The notes: generated from the letters alone by a model not told the origin. A DNA stretch of 64,000 nucleotides from Candidatus Moraniibacteriota bacterium (GCA_052034935.1 JBPOIB010000008.1:2511-66510), one strand, 5' to 3'. Counted from the stretch's first letter, positions 1 through 8,754 are shown. Made by a program: numbers and translations.

Positions 1-224
1 TCCAGCTCCGGAAGGAAATGTACGAGCGAGTTGGAACTGGTGGTCTGGCCGTTCTCTACAGCGACCTGGAGCAGCTCGAAGATGAGGGTTTCATTGAGAG
101 CCAGCCACACGAGGGTGACGTCGAGTCTTCGCTCTACGAATATCGACTGACCCTGAAAGGGCTCAAGCGGAAGCTCCGCGATCATCGGCCCAAGATGAGC
201 CAGACGCTTCCCAGGACCGTGTAG
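1..224 (+). CDS. PadR-family transcriptional regulator, C-terminal part (5' truncated by window edge)
   Basis: Frame is open from nt 3. Motif ...LEDEGFIESQP...YEYRLTLKG is typical of the PadR winged-helix C-terminus. Confidence 0.45.
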   Translation, partial: QLRKEMYERVGTGGLAVLYSDLEQLEDEGFIESQPHEGDVESSLYEYRLTLKGLKRKLRDHRPKMSQTLPRTV

Positions 225-252
225 TCAGTCTGTCACCCCACCCCCAAGCGCT

Positions 253-265
253 GCCCGGCAACACC
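253..265. repeat. 13-nt remnant GCCCGGCAACACC, identical to the core of the terminator hairpins at 1012 and 5103
   Basis: Direct sequence comparison. Third partial copy of the repeated terminator module. Confidence 0.4.
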
Positions 266-295
266 AAGCGATGGTGCTTTGAACAACGAGAGGAG

Positions 296-577
296 ATGAT
301 TATGGGAAAAATACTCCAACCGGATCTGGCCAGAAAGCTCAAGCAGCTCACGGAGAGTGTGTTTCGTCCGCCGGAGATCGTCACGCTCGAAGCCTGGACC
401 AATGGCGAAGTGCGAGCGCTCCAGGTGCGCGATACAGTGCTCGGCGCGAGAGATGAAGTGACGCTCGCTCGGCGCGCTGTCCTCAACCAGAAAATGCGTT
501 TTCTCGATGTGCTGTACATCGAGTGGGCAAAGCGCGAGCTCTCGCTCGAGCTGGCATGTCATCAATCAACCGTCTGA
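296..577 (+). CDS. Hypothetical protein (93 aa), immediately upstream of CheY-like receiver
   Basis: ORF with AGGAGA RBS 6 nt upstream of ATG. No recognisable domain. Confidence 0.5.
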   Translation: MIMGKILQPDLARKLKQLTESVFRPPEIVTLEAWTNGEVRALQVRDTVLGARDEVTLARRAVLNQKMRFLDVLYIEWAKRELSLELACHQSTV

Positions 578-589
578 AGGAGATCGCAC

Positions 590-985
590 ATGAACGCCAC
601 CGACCTGAAGTTTCTCATCGTCGACGACTTCTCGACGATGCGCCGCATCATCCGCGGCCTGCTCAAGGAAATGGATTGCCATCATGCCGACGAGGCCGAA
701 GACGGCGTCGTCGCGCTCGGCATGCTCCAAAGCGGCGAGTACAACTTCGTCATCTCGGACATCAACATGCCCAACATGAACGGCTTCGACCTGCTTCGGG
801 CCATCAAGGGCGATCCGGCCCTGAAGCATCTGCCGGTGCTCATGGTCACGGCCGAAGCGCGGAAGGAGGACATCGTCCTCGCCGCCCAGTCGGGCGCCGC
901 CGGCTACATCGTGAAGCCCTTCACGAAAGCGACCCTCGAGGAGAAGATCCAGAAGATCCTCCAGAAGCTGGCCGCCCAGGCCTGA
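590..985 (+). CDS. Single-domain CheY-like response regulator receiver
   Basis: DD pair (LIVDDFS), phospho-acceptor D in VISDINMP, T in MVTAEA, K in IVKPF. GAAGGAGA RBS upstream. Confidence 0.85.
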   Translation: MNATDLKFLIVDDFSTMRRIIRGLLKEMDCHHADEAEDGVVALGMLQSGEYNFVISDINMPNMNGFDLLRAIKGDPALKHLPVLMVTAEARKEDIVLAAQSGAAGYIVKPFTKATLEEKIQKILQKLAAQA

Positions 986-1011
986 ACCGCTACCGGAGAT
1001 TTCTCCGCCCC

Positions 1012-1042
1012 GCCGCCCGGCAACCCCGGACGGCTTTTTCTT
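1012..1042 (+). terminator. Intrinsic terminator (hairpin GCCGCCCGG-caacc-CCGGACGGC + TTTTTCTT)
   Basis: GC-rich stem followed by a T-tract directly after the cheY-like stop. Confidence 0.65.
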
Positions 1043-1047
1043 GCTTC

Positions 1048-1071
1048 GACCGGGCAAAATCCGGTCTTTTT
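1048..1071 (+). terminator. Second tandem intrinsic terminator (GACCGG-gcaaaat-CCGGTC + TTTTT)
   Basis: Perfect 6-bp stem followed by T5. Confidence 0.6.
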
Positions 1072-1175
1072 ACACAATAGAAGCGGGACGAAGGCAATAT
1101 TCTGCATTCGGCTGTTTTCTGATAGATTGAACCATCGTTCTCTTAACAATCTTTTCAACCCTCTCGGAGGAAGCC

Positions 1176-2291
1176 ATGAAAGTCAGTCTGGAAAAAATGA
1201 CGGCGCGTCCTCCGAAAGGGACGTATGATGTCAACTTGCCGCGCGAATCCATTGGCGTCTTGTTGCAGATGCGCTCGCGGATGTCGCTTGTCGGTCTCAG
1301 TGACCTGGCCGATAGCATCAGTGCTGTGGGCCAACATACCCCCGGACTGGTCGTCGCGCTCAATGCTCATGGAGCGCGAGACTATCTCAGGAAGATCAAC
1401 GAGATGTGGGGGGCACGCTACCGGCTGGCAAAATTCGCGTCGGTTTACATCGAAGAGAAGGGAGAAGAGTTCTTCCTCTTTCTCGCTGCCGGCCACCGGC
1501 GGTTCAAGGCGGTCGAGATGGCGGGTCGCACGACGTTCTATGCCCGTCTCCATTTCGAGAGCTCTTTCTCGGAGGCGCTGCTCATGCAGTACCACGAGAA
1601 CATCCATGAGCAAGTACCACCTGATAACGAGGCGCGCTTCATCACGCTGTTCTGGCGGGAAGCGAAGAAGAAGGATCCCGAGCTCACGATCGCCAAGTTC
1701 GCCCGGAGCCTGGGCAAGAAGTCGGAGTTCATTCGCCGCTGCATCCGCTTTACGGTACTGCCGATCCGAGTGCAACAGCTCGTCTTGCCGAACAAAGAGT
1801 TCAAGAAGGGGATCGCCTATACACTCCTCTGCGAGCTCGCTCGTCTGCAGGAGGCTCGGATCGAAGCAGGGAAGCCGTTCGATGAATCGGAGCTGATGCA
1901 TCTCGCGTACGTGCTCATCTCGCAGTACAAGACGGCGAAGCGGGCGGCGGCCTGGGTGAGCGATCAGATCCGGGTCCTCCAGGGCCAGGGAGAGATCTTC
2001 GAACTTTCCATGCAAGATGCTTTTGCCGGTGCCCAACAGACGGCAGCGAGCCAGCTCGCAACGACCGTCCGAGTCGGCGAACAGCAGCTTCGGGTCGTGG
2101 CCCGTCTCCATACCGAAGGTGGCATACCGAAGGTGGCGAGCGGAGCGGCAGTAGCGGCGGTCGGTCGGACGCTCGACGTCGCCAAAAACCTCGCCCCGCA
2201 AATCATCGATGGGATCAAGGGTGCGCGAGGTGCCAGATCGGTGAGACAGGCTGTGATGCAAGTAGCTGGCCAGAAGCCGGCAGAACGCTGA
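1176..2291 (+). CDS. ParB/Srx-like nuclease-domain protein (orphan ParB-like; no ParA partner)
   Basis: FLAAGHRRFKAVEMAG matches the ParB N-terminal GxRR box. It is followed by an HTH-like segment (TIAKFARSLGKKSEFIRRCIRF) and a C-terminal extension. Confidence 0.65.
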   Translation: MKVSLEKMTARPPKGTYDVNLPRESIGVLLQMRSRMSLVGLSDLADSISAVGQHTPGLVVALNAHGARDYLRKINEMWGARYRLAKFASVYIEEKGEEFFLFLAAGHRRFKAVEMAGRTTFYARLHFESSFSEALLMQYHENIHEQVPPDNEARFITLFWREAKKKDPELTIAKFARSLGKKSEFIRRCIRFTVLPIRVQQLVLPNKEFKKGIAYTLLCELARLQEARIEAGKPFDESELMHLAYVLISQYKTAKRAAAWVSDQIRVLQGQGEIFELSMQDAFAGAQQTAASQLATTVRVGEQQLRVVARLHTEGGIPKVASGAAVAAVGRTLDVAKNLAPQIIDGIKGARGARSVRQAVMQVAGQKPAER

Positions 2292-2380
2292 CGCGAGCGA
2301 TTCGCGTCGTTTACCGGCTGGTCGGAAGCGTGGATCAATACCCATTCTCTCGCCAGCCGTTCTCTCTACTTGGAGGTCTC

Positions 2381-3334
2381 ATGAGGTTTACGACTGCTCG
2401 TTATGACATCGAGGTTGATGAAGAGCGGGCAGAGCGCATCATCAGCGAGATCAACACTGCCTGGATCGAAAGCGGAGGACTCTTCCGATACGTCTCTCGA
2501 GAGCAGGATGCGGTCCAGCAGCGGCATGTGCCGTCGGGGATGACGCGTCGCAGTTTGCGGCATCAGCAGTGGCTCTTCCTTGCGACCATGACGGATCGGC
2601 GCGAAGAGAGCGAACGTGTGTATGCGAGCCATGTCCGGCTCCATGCCAAGTGGCCGCGTCTCTATACGTCGGTCGCGGGGCAGATGAAGCCGAAAACGAT
2701 CGAGGCCAAGCTCCGACTCGTCAAAGTCGGTAGTCCGGGACAGTCGGCAGCGTATTGGCCACGTTCTGCCGAGACCCTCTTCACGACTCTCGATGGTGAC
2801 CCGAAGCGGCTCTATCAGTTCGGGGACGGGCGCATCGATGACGTGCTCGCGTTCAAGCGCTCATCGAAGGAAGACCCCATACCGGGTTTCGGACCGAAGA
2901 TCTTGTCCCTTTACTCGTTCTATCTCCACGAGCTCGGGGTCATCGATCTTCCGAAGGACGCCTTCCCGGTTGATGTCCATGTCCAGCGATTCCTCATCTC
3001 GACGGGTATCGTCAGTGGTACCGGCACGATCGTGAACGAGCAGCTCGAGCGGATCGCCCGGCCGCTCCTGTGTCAGGTGGCCGACCGTCTCCGTATCGAT
3101 CGCCTCGAGCTCTCGCACGCGATCTGGTTTCTCGGCAACCGGTGCTGCACTGGTTGCTGGAAAAATGCTGCCATTCCCGAACTCTGCCCCGCTTATGCCA
3201 AGTGTGGCGGCGCGATCGACAGCAAGTCGTACTACAAGAAAGGGGTGTGGCACCTCGACCGGCCGCGAAACCCGCGCGGCGGCGATGTCCAGGCTGTCCT
3301 GCCGTGGTCGATACCGATTCAGGTAGTCGCCTGA
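2381..3334 (+). CDS. HhH-GPD superfamily (endonuclease III-like) base-excision repair protein with C-terminal Cys cluster
   Basis: HhH segment IPGFGPKILS, then FPVDVHVQRF (compare EndoIII LPGVGRKTA ... VDTHIFRV). Cys cluster CCTGC-x9-C-x5-C near the C-terminus. ATG 2381 has a GGAGG RBS; an upstream in-frame GTG start at 2330 is also possible. Confidence 0.55.
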   Translation: MRFTTARYDIEVDEERAERIISEINTAWIESGGLFRYVSREQDAVQQRHVPSGMTRRSLRHQQWLFLATMTDRREESERVYASHVRLHAKWPRLYTSVAGQMKPKTIEAKLRLVKVGSPGQSAAYWPRSAETLFTTLDGDPKRLYQFGDGRIDDVLAFKRSSKEDPIPGFGPKILSLYSFYLHELGVIDLPKDAFPVDVHVQRFLISTGIVSGTGTIVNEQLERIARPLLCQVADRLRIDRLELSHAIWFLGNRCCTGCWKNAAIPELCPAYAKCGGAIDSKSYYKKGVWHLDRPRNPRGGDVQAVLPWSIPIQVVA

Positions 3335-3344
3335 AACCGCACAG

Positions 3345-3388
3345 CCGGGCAATCTCAAACGAGAATGCCCGGCCTTTTTCTTTTTTAT
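3345..3388 (+). terminator. Intrinsic terminator (CCGGGC-16 nt loop-GCCCGG + CCTTTTTCTTTTTT)
   Basis: Hairpin plus long T-tract after the HhH-GPD gene. Confidence 0.6.
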
Positions 3389-3415
3389 ACGTACTTTGAT
3401 ACAGTGACAGTAGTT

Positions 3416-4051
3416 ATGGATACCGAACAGAAACAAAGGCGATTCCTCTCCGCCGGACTGACGATACTTTTTCTCGCGGCGGTTTTTCTCTATTCTGCTT
3501 CGCTCTTCGACCGGAACGTCGCTGAGATCAATGAGATTGAATCACCCGTTTCGGTTTCGAATGATTTTCAATCAGGGATCACAAAACTGACAGAATCAAT
3601 CACTCCTGTGGTTCCCACTAACAAACAAGCGGAGCCCGTTGTTGTAGCGGATGACTGGAAGACATATAAAAATGCAAAGTACGGACTCGAGTTTCGTTAT
3701 CCGAAAGATTTTCAGGTAAGTGATTTTGGGAGACAGGAGTTGGGTCAAATAAAAGATGGCAAGCCAGTTGTGTTTGAGTCACTCCATGTCAGTCCGCTGA
3801 GTGAGGATGATGGGTTTCTGATGCACATCTACGTGTCGTTGGATAAGCGGCTTCTTGATGGACCTGAAGATAGAATGATGGGTGATGAGAAAAGAATTGA
3901 CGGCACAGTATTCAAAGAGTTTAGCGATCCTGGGATGGGGGATCGGTCGGGTTACTTTGCAAAAGTTGGGTCTCGATATTATATTCTCGATGCGGTTTTT
4001 GGTGACGGTCGGTTCGATGCGATTCTCTCGACCCTCAAGTTGACCAGGTAG
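3416..4051 (+). CDS. Hypothetical membrane-anchored/secreted protein (N-terminal TM helix), in a lower-GC stretch
   Basis: ORF with hydrophobic N-terminal segment LSAGLTILFLAAVFLY. Local GC is visibly lower than its surroundings. No domain recognised. Confidence 0.55.
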   Translation: MDTEQKQRRFLSAGLTILFLAAVFLYSASLFDRNVAEINEIESPVSVSNDFQSGITKLTESITPVVPTNKQAEPVVVADDWKTYKNAKYGLEFRYPKDFQVSDFGRQELGQIKDGKPVVFESLHVSPLSEDDGFLMHIYVSLDKRLLDGPEDRMMGDEKRIDGTVFKEFSDPGMGDRSGYFAKVGSRYYILDAVFGDGRFDAILSTLKLTR

Positions 4052-4170
4052 CTCTGATAAAAGAGCGATAGACCCGAGGCAGTCCCTCGGGTTTTCGTAT
4101 GGACAAAGCAGTGAGAATAGAGTATTTTGAGCTGTCCATGTGGACGGTAGCTTAACAAGGGGAGACTGCC

Positions 4171-4662
4171 ATGACAGCGACGCTGAAGCGGTATTTCATC
4201 ACCGACCGCGAGACAGGTGAGCGCGTGCTCGCCGCCATCCGCGACTGTTTCGATGGGGACAAGCGGCTTTTCTGCCGTCTCCTCATCCGCCGAGCGTTCG
4301 GCGATACGCCGACTGACCATGTGAAGGAGGATGTCGAGTACTTCGTGTACGCCTGCCCTTCGCCGAATGCCGGCGATCGCGGGGCGGTGTATCTGTACTC
4401 GCTCGTCCATGACACGGGCGAAGCGGGTGCACGGCTCTTCACAGTCCTCATCGATCTGCCGAAGCCCGATGATCAGGCGTTCGTGGCCGAGCTCATCGAT
4501 TTCCTCGACCGCTTCGAGTTCGTTCCGTTCTATCGCTCGCTCCGGGCCCGTCCGATCGGTCCGACCTGCTGCCCGAGCTATCTGGACGAGCCGATCGACA
4601 CGGGCGCCATCGACCAGTGGCTGCGGAGCCGCGTGCCGCCGGTCTTGGCGAACGCGGCTTGA
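4171..4662 (+). CDS. Hypothetical protein (163 aa) upstream of second CheY-like receiver
   Basis: ORF with AAGGGGAGA RBS. No domain recognised. Confidence 0.55.
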   Translation: MTATLKRYFITDRETGERVLAAIRDCFDGDKRLFCRLLIRRAFGDTPTDHVKEDVEYFVYACPSPNAGDRGAVYLYSLVHDTGEAGARLFTVLIDLPKPDDQAFVAELIDFLDRFEFVPFYRSLRARPIGPTCCPSYLDEPIDTGAIDQWLRSRVPPVLANAA

Positions 4663-4679
4663 AGCTAGGGGAGGGAATC

Positions 4680-5078
4680 ATGAACACTGCCGAATTGAAG
4701 TTCCTGGTCGTCGACGACTATCCGGATCTCAGCCGGCTGACGGCCATCATGCTCGAGGGTCTCGGCTATCCGCCGCCTGATACGGCGGCATCCGGCGAAG
4801 AAGCGCTCCAGATGCTCCGGGCGAAGCGTTACAGCTTCGTCATCAGCGACATCAACATGCCGGGGATGAACGGCTTCATGCTGCTCCGGGCCATCAAGGA
4901 GGATCCGGCGCTTCGCCCCATCCCGGTGCTTGTCATGAGTACACATCCGGAACAGCTCTACAGCGAAGCGGCCATCCTCCGCGGTGCGGTCGGCTACCTC
5001 ACGAAGCCGCTGACATCCGCCGCGCTCAAAGCGATCATCACCCGGGCCTTTCCTGAGACTGCTCATCCGCCCGAATGA
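4680..5078 (+). CDS. Single-domain CheY-like response regulator receiver (paralog of 590..985)
   Basis: MNTAELKFLVVDDYPD...ISDINMPGMNGF...YLTKPLT. Roughly 55% identity to the first copy by eye. GGGGAGGG RBS. Confidence 0.85.
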   Translation: MNTAELKFLVVDDYPDLSRLTAIMLEGLGYPPPDTAASGEEALQMLRAKRYSFVISDINMPGMNGFMLLRAIKEDPALRPIPVLVMSTHPEQLYSEAAILRGAVGYLTKPLTSAALKAIITRAFPETAHPPE

Positions 5079-5102
5079 GCTTTTGCGGGCCGTTCCCGTA
5101 CC

Positions 5103-5136
5103 GCCGCCCGGCAACACCGGACGGCCTTTTCTTTTT
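5103..5136 (+). terminator. Intrinsic terminator, near-identical copy of the 1012 hairpin
   Basis: GCCGCCCGGCAACACCGGACGGC + CTTTTCTTTTT. Confidence 0.65.
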
Positions 5137-5180
5137 GGCTCGATTTGCTAGAGTGAGGGACAAGCTATTTTTCCTGCCGT

Positions 5181-5633
5181 ATGCGCTGCCCATTCTGCAA
5201 TCATCCCGAATCCAAAGTGACGGACTCGCGCGAGACGCTCGAAGGCCGGGTCATCCGTCGCCGCCGCGAATGCCTCTCGTGCCTTGCTCGGTTTTCGACG
5301 TATGAGCAGGCCGAACTTTTCCGGGTCTCGGTCATCAAGAAGGACGGCCAACATCAGCCGTATGAACGCAAGAAGATCGAGGCAGGCCTCCGGAAAGCGT
5401 TCGAGAAACGGCCGATGACGGAAGACCGGCTCGAGAAGCTTCTCGGCGCGATCGAGTACACTATCGCGGAGAAAGCGAAGAAGAACCAGATCGCGAGCCG
5501 CGATATCGGGACAATCGTCCTGGAGAAGCTGAAGGATGTGGACGAGGTCGCCTACATCCGTTTCGCGAGCGTCTATCAGTCATTCGGCAGCGCGCGGGGG
5601 TTCCGACGGGCGTTGGAAAAATTCGAGCAGTAA
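5181..5633 (+). CDS. nrdR: Transcriptional repressor NrdR
   Basis: MRCPFCNHPESKVTDSRE zinc ribbon plus ATP-cone. Full-length match to the NrdR architecture. Confidence 0.9.
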   Translation: MRCPFCNHPESKVTDSRETLEGRVIRRRRECLSCLARFSTYEQAELFRVSVIKKDGQHQPYERKKIEAGLRKAFEKRPMTEDRLEKLLGAIEYTIAEKAKKNQIASRDIGTIVLEKLKDVDEVAYIRFASVYQSFGSARGFRRALEKFEQ

Positions 5634-5680
5634 AACAAAATTCCTGGCATCATCGGCCGTAACGGGTAAGCAGGAATCAT

Positions 5681-7144
5681 ATGTCGAGGTGGGTGACGAG
5701 CAGTACGATCGGGCTTTTTGCCGGCATGGGACTGGCTGCTTGGACCGGGGAGCGGGCCGTCATGCTTCTCTTGCTCGCTGCGGTCGGCATCATCATCGTG
5801 CGGAGCCTCTTTCCTGACCGGCGGAAAACTTTTTTCAGCTTCATCGGCCTCCTCGCTCTTTCCAGCGGGATATTTTTTTATCAGCAGGCTTTCGATCGCT
5901 GGCAAAGACTGCCTGAAACAATCGGCTTTTCCGGTGCGGTTGAAATCGTCGAACGAGGCGAAGTGAAGGTCTTCTATCGGCCGGTGACGCTTCGTCCTCT
6001 GGATGAGGACTGGTATGGCGGCGATATCCTCTACCGGGCCCCGATCGATATGGCTGCTTTGCCGGGAGAAGAAGTCGCTTTCGAGTGTATGCTCTCACGG
6101 CCGAAGAATTTCGAGCCTGGTTTCGACTACCGAAGCCTGCTGGCAAGCCGCGGCGTCGGGTACGCGTGCGACCGGGCCGGCACAGCGGAACTTTTGCCGA
6201 GTACCGGCTTCAGTCTTCGGAAATTATTCGCGACCATCCAATCCGGTTTCCGCAGGGCTATCGCTGATATCGTACCGGAGCCGGAGGCCGGACTCCTCTC
6301 GGGGCTACTTGTCGGCGGAAGCGATACGCTTGCTCCCGAGACGAAAGCAGCGTTCGCTCAAGCCGGACTCTCGCACATCGTCGCGGTGTCAGGATACAAC
6401 ATGAGCATCGTCGCCGAAGGCCTGGTCGTCTTCTCACTCATTTTCGGCGCCTGGCGCAAATGGGCGGTGGCCGTTGCTATCATCGGACTCGCTTTCTTCC
6501 TCCTTGTCATCGACGGTTCGGCCGCGTCGCTTCGTGCCGCACTCATGGCCTGGCTCGCATTCGGGGCATATTTTTTCGGCCGGCCGGCGGCTTCGTGGAA
6601 TGGACTCATGATTGCTGGTGCGGGTATGCTCTTCTTTAATCCGCTCCTCATCCGCTACGATGTCGGATTCCAGCTATCATTTCTCGCGACGCTGGCGCTT
6701 CTCATCTTCTCCCGCTCTTTCGAAACGTTCGCGTTCTTCCGTCAGTGGTACGGCAAGGTCGCGGCACTTTTTCTCACGACGATCGTTATTGAACTCTTCA
6801 CGTTACCCATCGTCGTCTCGACATTCGGCACGTTCTCAGTCGTAGCACCGTTCGCGAATGCACTCGTTCTCCCGCTCGTTCCGATCGCGATGTTTATCGG
6901 CATCGGGGCTGTCGTTCTCTCGGGACTTGTCCCAGCACTTGGCATCTTCATCACTCCGCTCGTCTGGCTGCCGCTCACCGCGATCATCCGGCTAGCGGAA
7001 GGACTCGCCCGCATTCCAGGCGCGAGTCTCGAGGGTCTCGACATGCCCGCTTCTTTTGCGCTACTTTGGTATGCCGGACTTGCTGCTACGGTTCTCCTGC
7101 TCGAATATTTCCGCAAGCGCTATGTATTGGGGATGGATCACTAA
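5681..7144 (+). CDS. comEC: ComEC/Rec2 DNA internalisation channel, N-terminal part (DUF4131 + competence domain)
   Basis: Polytopic membrane protein with the motif PEAGLLSGLLVGGSDTLAPETKAAFAQAGLSHIVAVSGYNMSIV. Confidence 0.8.
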   Translation: MSRWVTSSTIGLFAGMGLAAWTGERAVMLLLLAAVGIIIVRSLFPDRRKTFFSFIGLLALSSGIFFYQQAFDRWQRLPETIGFSGAVEIVERGEVKVFYRPVTLRPLDEDWYGGDILYRAPIDMAALPGEEVAFECMLSRPKNFEPGFDYRSLLASRGVGYACDRAGTAELLPSTGFSLRKLFATIQSGFRRAIADIVPEPEAGLLSGLLVGGSDTLAPETKAAFAQAGLSHIVAVSGYNMSIVAEGLVVFSLIFGAWRKWAVAVAIIGLAFFLLVIDGSAASLRAALMAWLAFGAYFFGRPAASWNGLMIAGAGMLFFNPLLIRYDVGFQLSFLATLALLIFSRSFETFAFFRQWYGKVAALFLTTIVIELFTLPIVVSTFGTFSVVAPFANALVLPLVPIAMFIGIGAVVLSGLVPALGIFITPLVWLPLTAIIRLAEGLARIPGASLEGLDMPASFALLWYAGLAATVLLLEYFRKRYVLGMDH

Positions 7145-7976
7145 AACTGTTTTTATACTCTTCCTTCTCGGGTTGGTCGCTGTCTTCGGACTGTGGATTC
7201 TGCTTATCCGTCAGAATTCTGACGAGACCAAAATTGTTTTCCTTTCAGTCGGGCAGGGGGATGCGACCCTTATTTCGCAGGGGATGAACCAGATTGTCAT
7301 CGATGGCGGCCGCGATGGTCAACTCCTCCTCTCCCGGCTCGGCCGGCATATCCCGTTCTACGATCGGACCATCGAAACGCTCATCCCGACCCATCCTGAT
7401 GCCGATCATGTCGGCGGCCTCTCCTCGCTCCTCGAGCGCTACCGGGTGAAGACCGTGCTCGATACGGGTGCACGGACAGACACGAAGTCGGCGTTTCTTT
7501 TCTATCGCGATCTGGAGCGCGAGGAGTCCCGGACTTTTCCAGCGGTGCGCGGCACCAATCTTGCACTCCCGAGAGGCGGCGCACTTGATATCATTTTTCC
7601 TTTCACACTGATTCCGGTGGATACTCCGGAAACAAATGAGGGAAGCGTCGTTAGTCGCTTCTCTTTCGGAGAAACAAGTTTCCTTCTCACGGGGGATTTG
7701 CCAGACGAGGAACGATTCATCCCGGACCTCGGACCGGCGACGGTCCTCAAGGTTGGACACCATGGATCGCAGTATTCGACGAGCGACGCGTTGCTCGAGC
7801 TCGTCAAACCGAAAGAGGCGGTTATCTCGGTGGGGAACAATAGTTATGGCCATCCGCACCCGTCCGTTCTCGAACGGCTCTTGGCACATGGCGTGAGCAT
7901 TTTTCGGACGGACATGGGTGGCGATATTATGTACCGGTGCTTGACTGAGACGAATCGCTGCGACCGTCAGGAATAA
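7122..7976 (+). CDS. comEC: ComEC C-terminal metallo-beta-lactamase domain (separate ORF, different frame; overlaps the previous ORF by 23 nt)
   Basis: TM helix, then KIVFLSVGQGDATLI...THPDADHVGG...KVGHHGS MBL motifs. Confidence 0.75.
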   Translation: MYWGWITKTVFILFLLGLVAVFGLWILLIRQNSDETKIVFLSVGQGDATLISQGMNQIVIDGGRDGQLLLSRLGRHIPFYDRTIETLIPTHPDADHVGGLSSLLERYRVKTVLDTGARTDTKSAFLFYRDLEREESRTFPAVRGTNLALPRGGALDIIFPFTLIPVDTPETNEGSVVSRFSFGETSFLLTGDLPDEERFIPDLGPATVLKVGHHGSQYSTSDALLELVKPKEAVISVGNNSYGHPHPSVLERLLAHGVSIFRTDMGGDIMYRCLTETNRCDRQE

Positions 7977-8004
7977 ATTAAAAAAAGTGTACATTTTTTG
8001 AATC

Positions 8005-8033
8005 TTGCCAAAGTGGCTAAAGACGAGTATACT
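8005..8033 (+). promoter_or_regulatory. Sigma70-like promoter, TTGCCA-17-TATACT, upstream of ndk
   Basis: Near-consensus hexamers with a 17-nt spacer in an AT-rich gap. Confidence 0.55.
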
Positions 8034-8127
8034 GTCGCGGACAGAGAGAGACTCGTTTCATATTGTTTCCGAAGAGTTTCCATGTCATAATATACTTGTT
8101 GTTAATTGTCTTTATCGTACCGACGTT

Positions 8128-8733
8128 ATGGCCGCCCACCCGAAGAAAGAACTTTCCCTCGTCATCCTGAAGCCGGACGCTATCCAGCGCTCGCTCATGG
8201 GGACTATCATCAGCCGGATCGAGAATACCGGGCTCAAATTCGTCGCGATGCGGCTCGTTGTCCCGAAGGCTGAACAGTGCTGGGCGCACTACAACAAAGA
8301 CGAAGCTTGGTTCATGAAGAAAGGAACGCGCGTCGTCGAAGACCGCAAGGCGCAGAATCTCCCGATCGAGAAGGAGGCGATGGAGTACGGCAAGGATATC
8401 ATCCAGGCGAACGTCGATTTCTTCACTTCCGGCCCCGTGCTCGCCTTCATCGTCGAGGGCAATCAGTCGGTCGCGATCGTGAAGAAGCTCGTCGGCGGCA
8501 CCGAACCGACGACGTCCGATGTCGGCACCATCCGCGGAGACATGACGGTCGACTCCTACGCGCTTTCCTCGATCGATAATCGTGCGGTCCGCAATCTGGT
8601 ACATTGTTCCGATAGTCCGGAAGAGGCTGAGCGTGAGATTCCGATCTGGTTCGAACCGTCCGATATCCTCAAATACCGCCTCGTCCAGGAACAAATTCTC
8701 TACGATGTGAACCTTGATGGCATCCTCGAGTAA
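8128..8733 (+). CDS. ndk: Nucleoside diphosphate kinase
   Basis: LVILKPDAIQR, GLKFVAMRL and NLVHCSDSPEEAEREI motifs, with an insertion. Confidence 0.9.
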   Translation: MAAHPKKELSLVILKPDAIQRSLMGTIISRIENTGLKFVAMRLVVPKAEQCWAHYNKDEAWFMKKGTRVVEDRKAQNLPIEKEAMEYGKDIIQANVDFFTSGPVLAFIVEGNQSVAIVKKLVGGTEPTTSDVGTIRGDMTVDSYALSSIDNRAVRNLVHCSDSPEEAEREIPIWFEPSDILKYRLVQEQILYDVNLDGILE

Positions 8734-8754
8734 GGAGCACGATTATTTTCAAAA

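Noticed and set aside
523-1080. 185-aa + strand ORF and 163-aa - strand ORF overlapping the first cheY-like gene.
   Set aside because: Alternative frames of a gene with an unambiguous receiver-domain reading. Arg/Pro-rich junk translation.
1155-2345. 396-aa ORF on the - strand.
   Set aside because: It lies entirely antisense to the ParB-like gene. The protein is Arg/Leu-rich low-complexity, as expected for antisense frames in high-GC DNA. It has no RBS.
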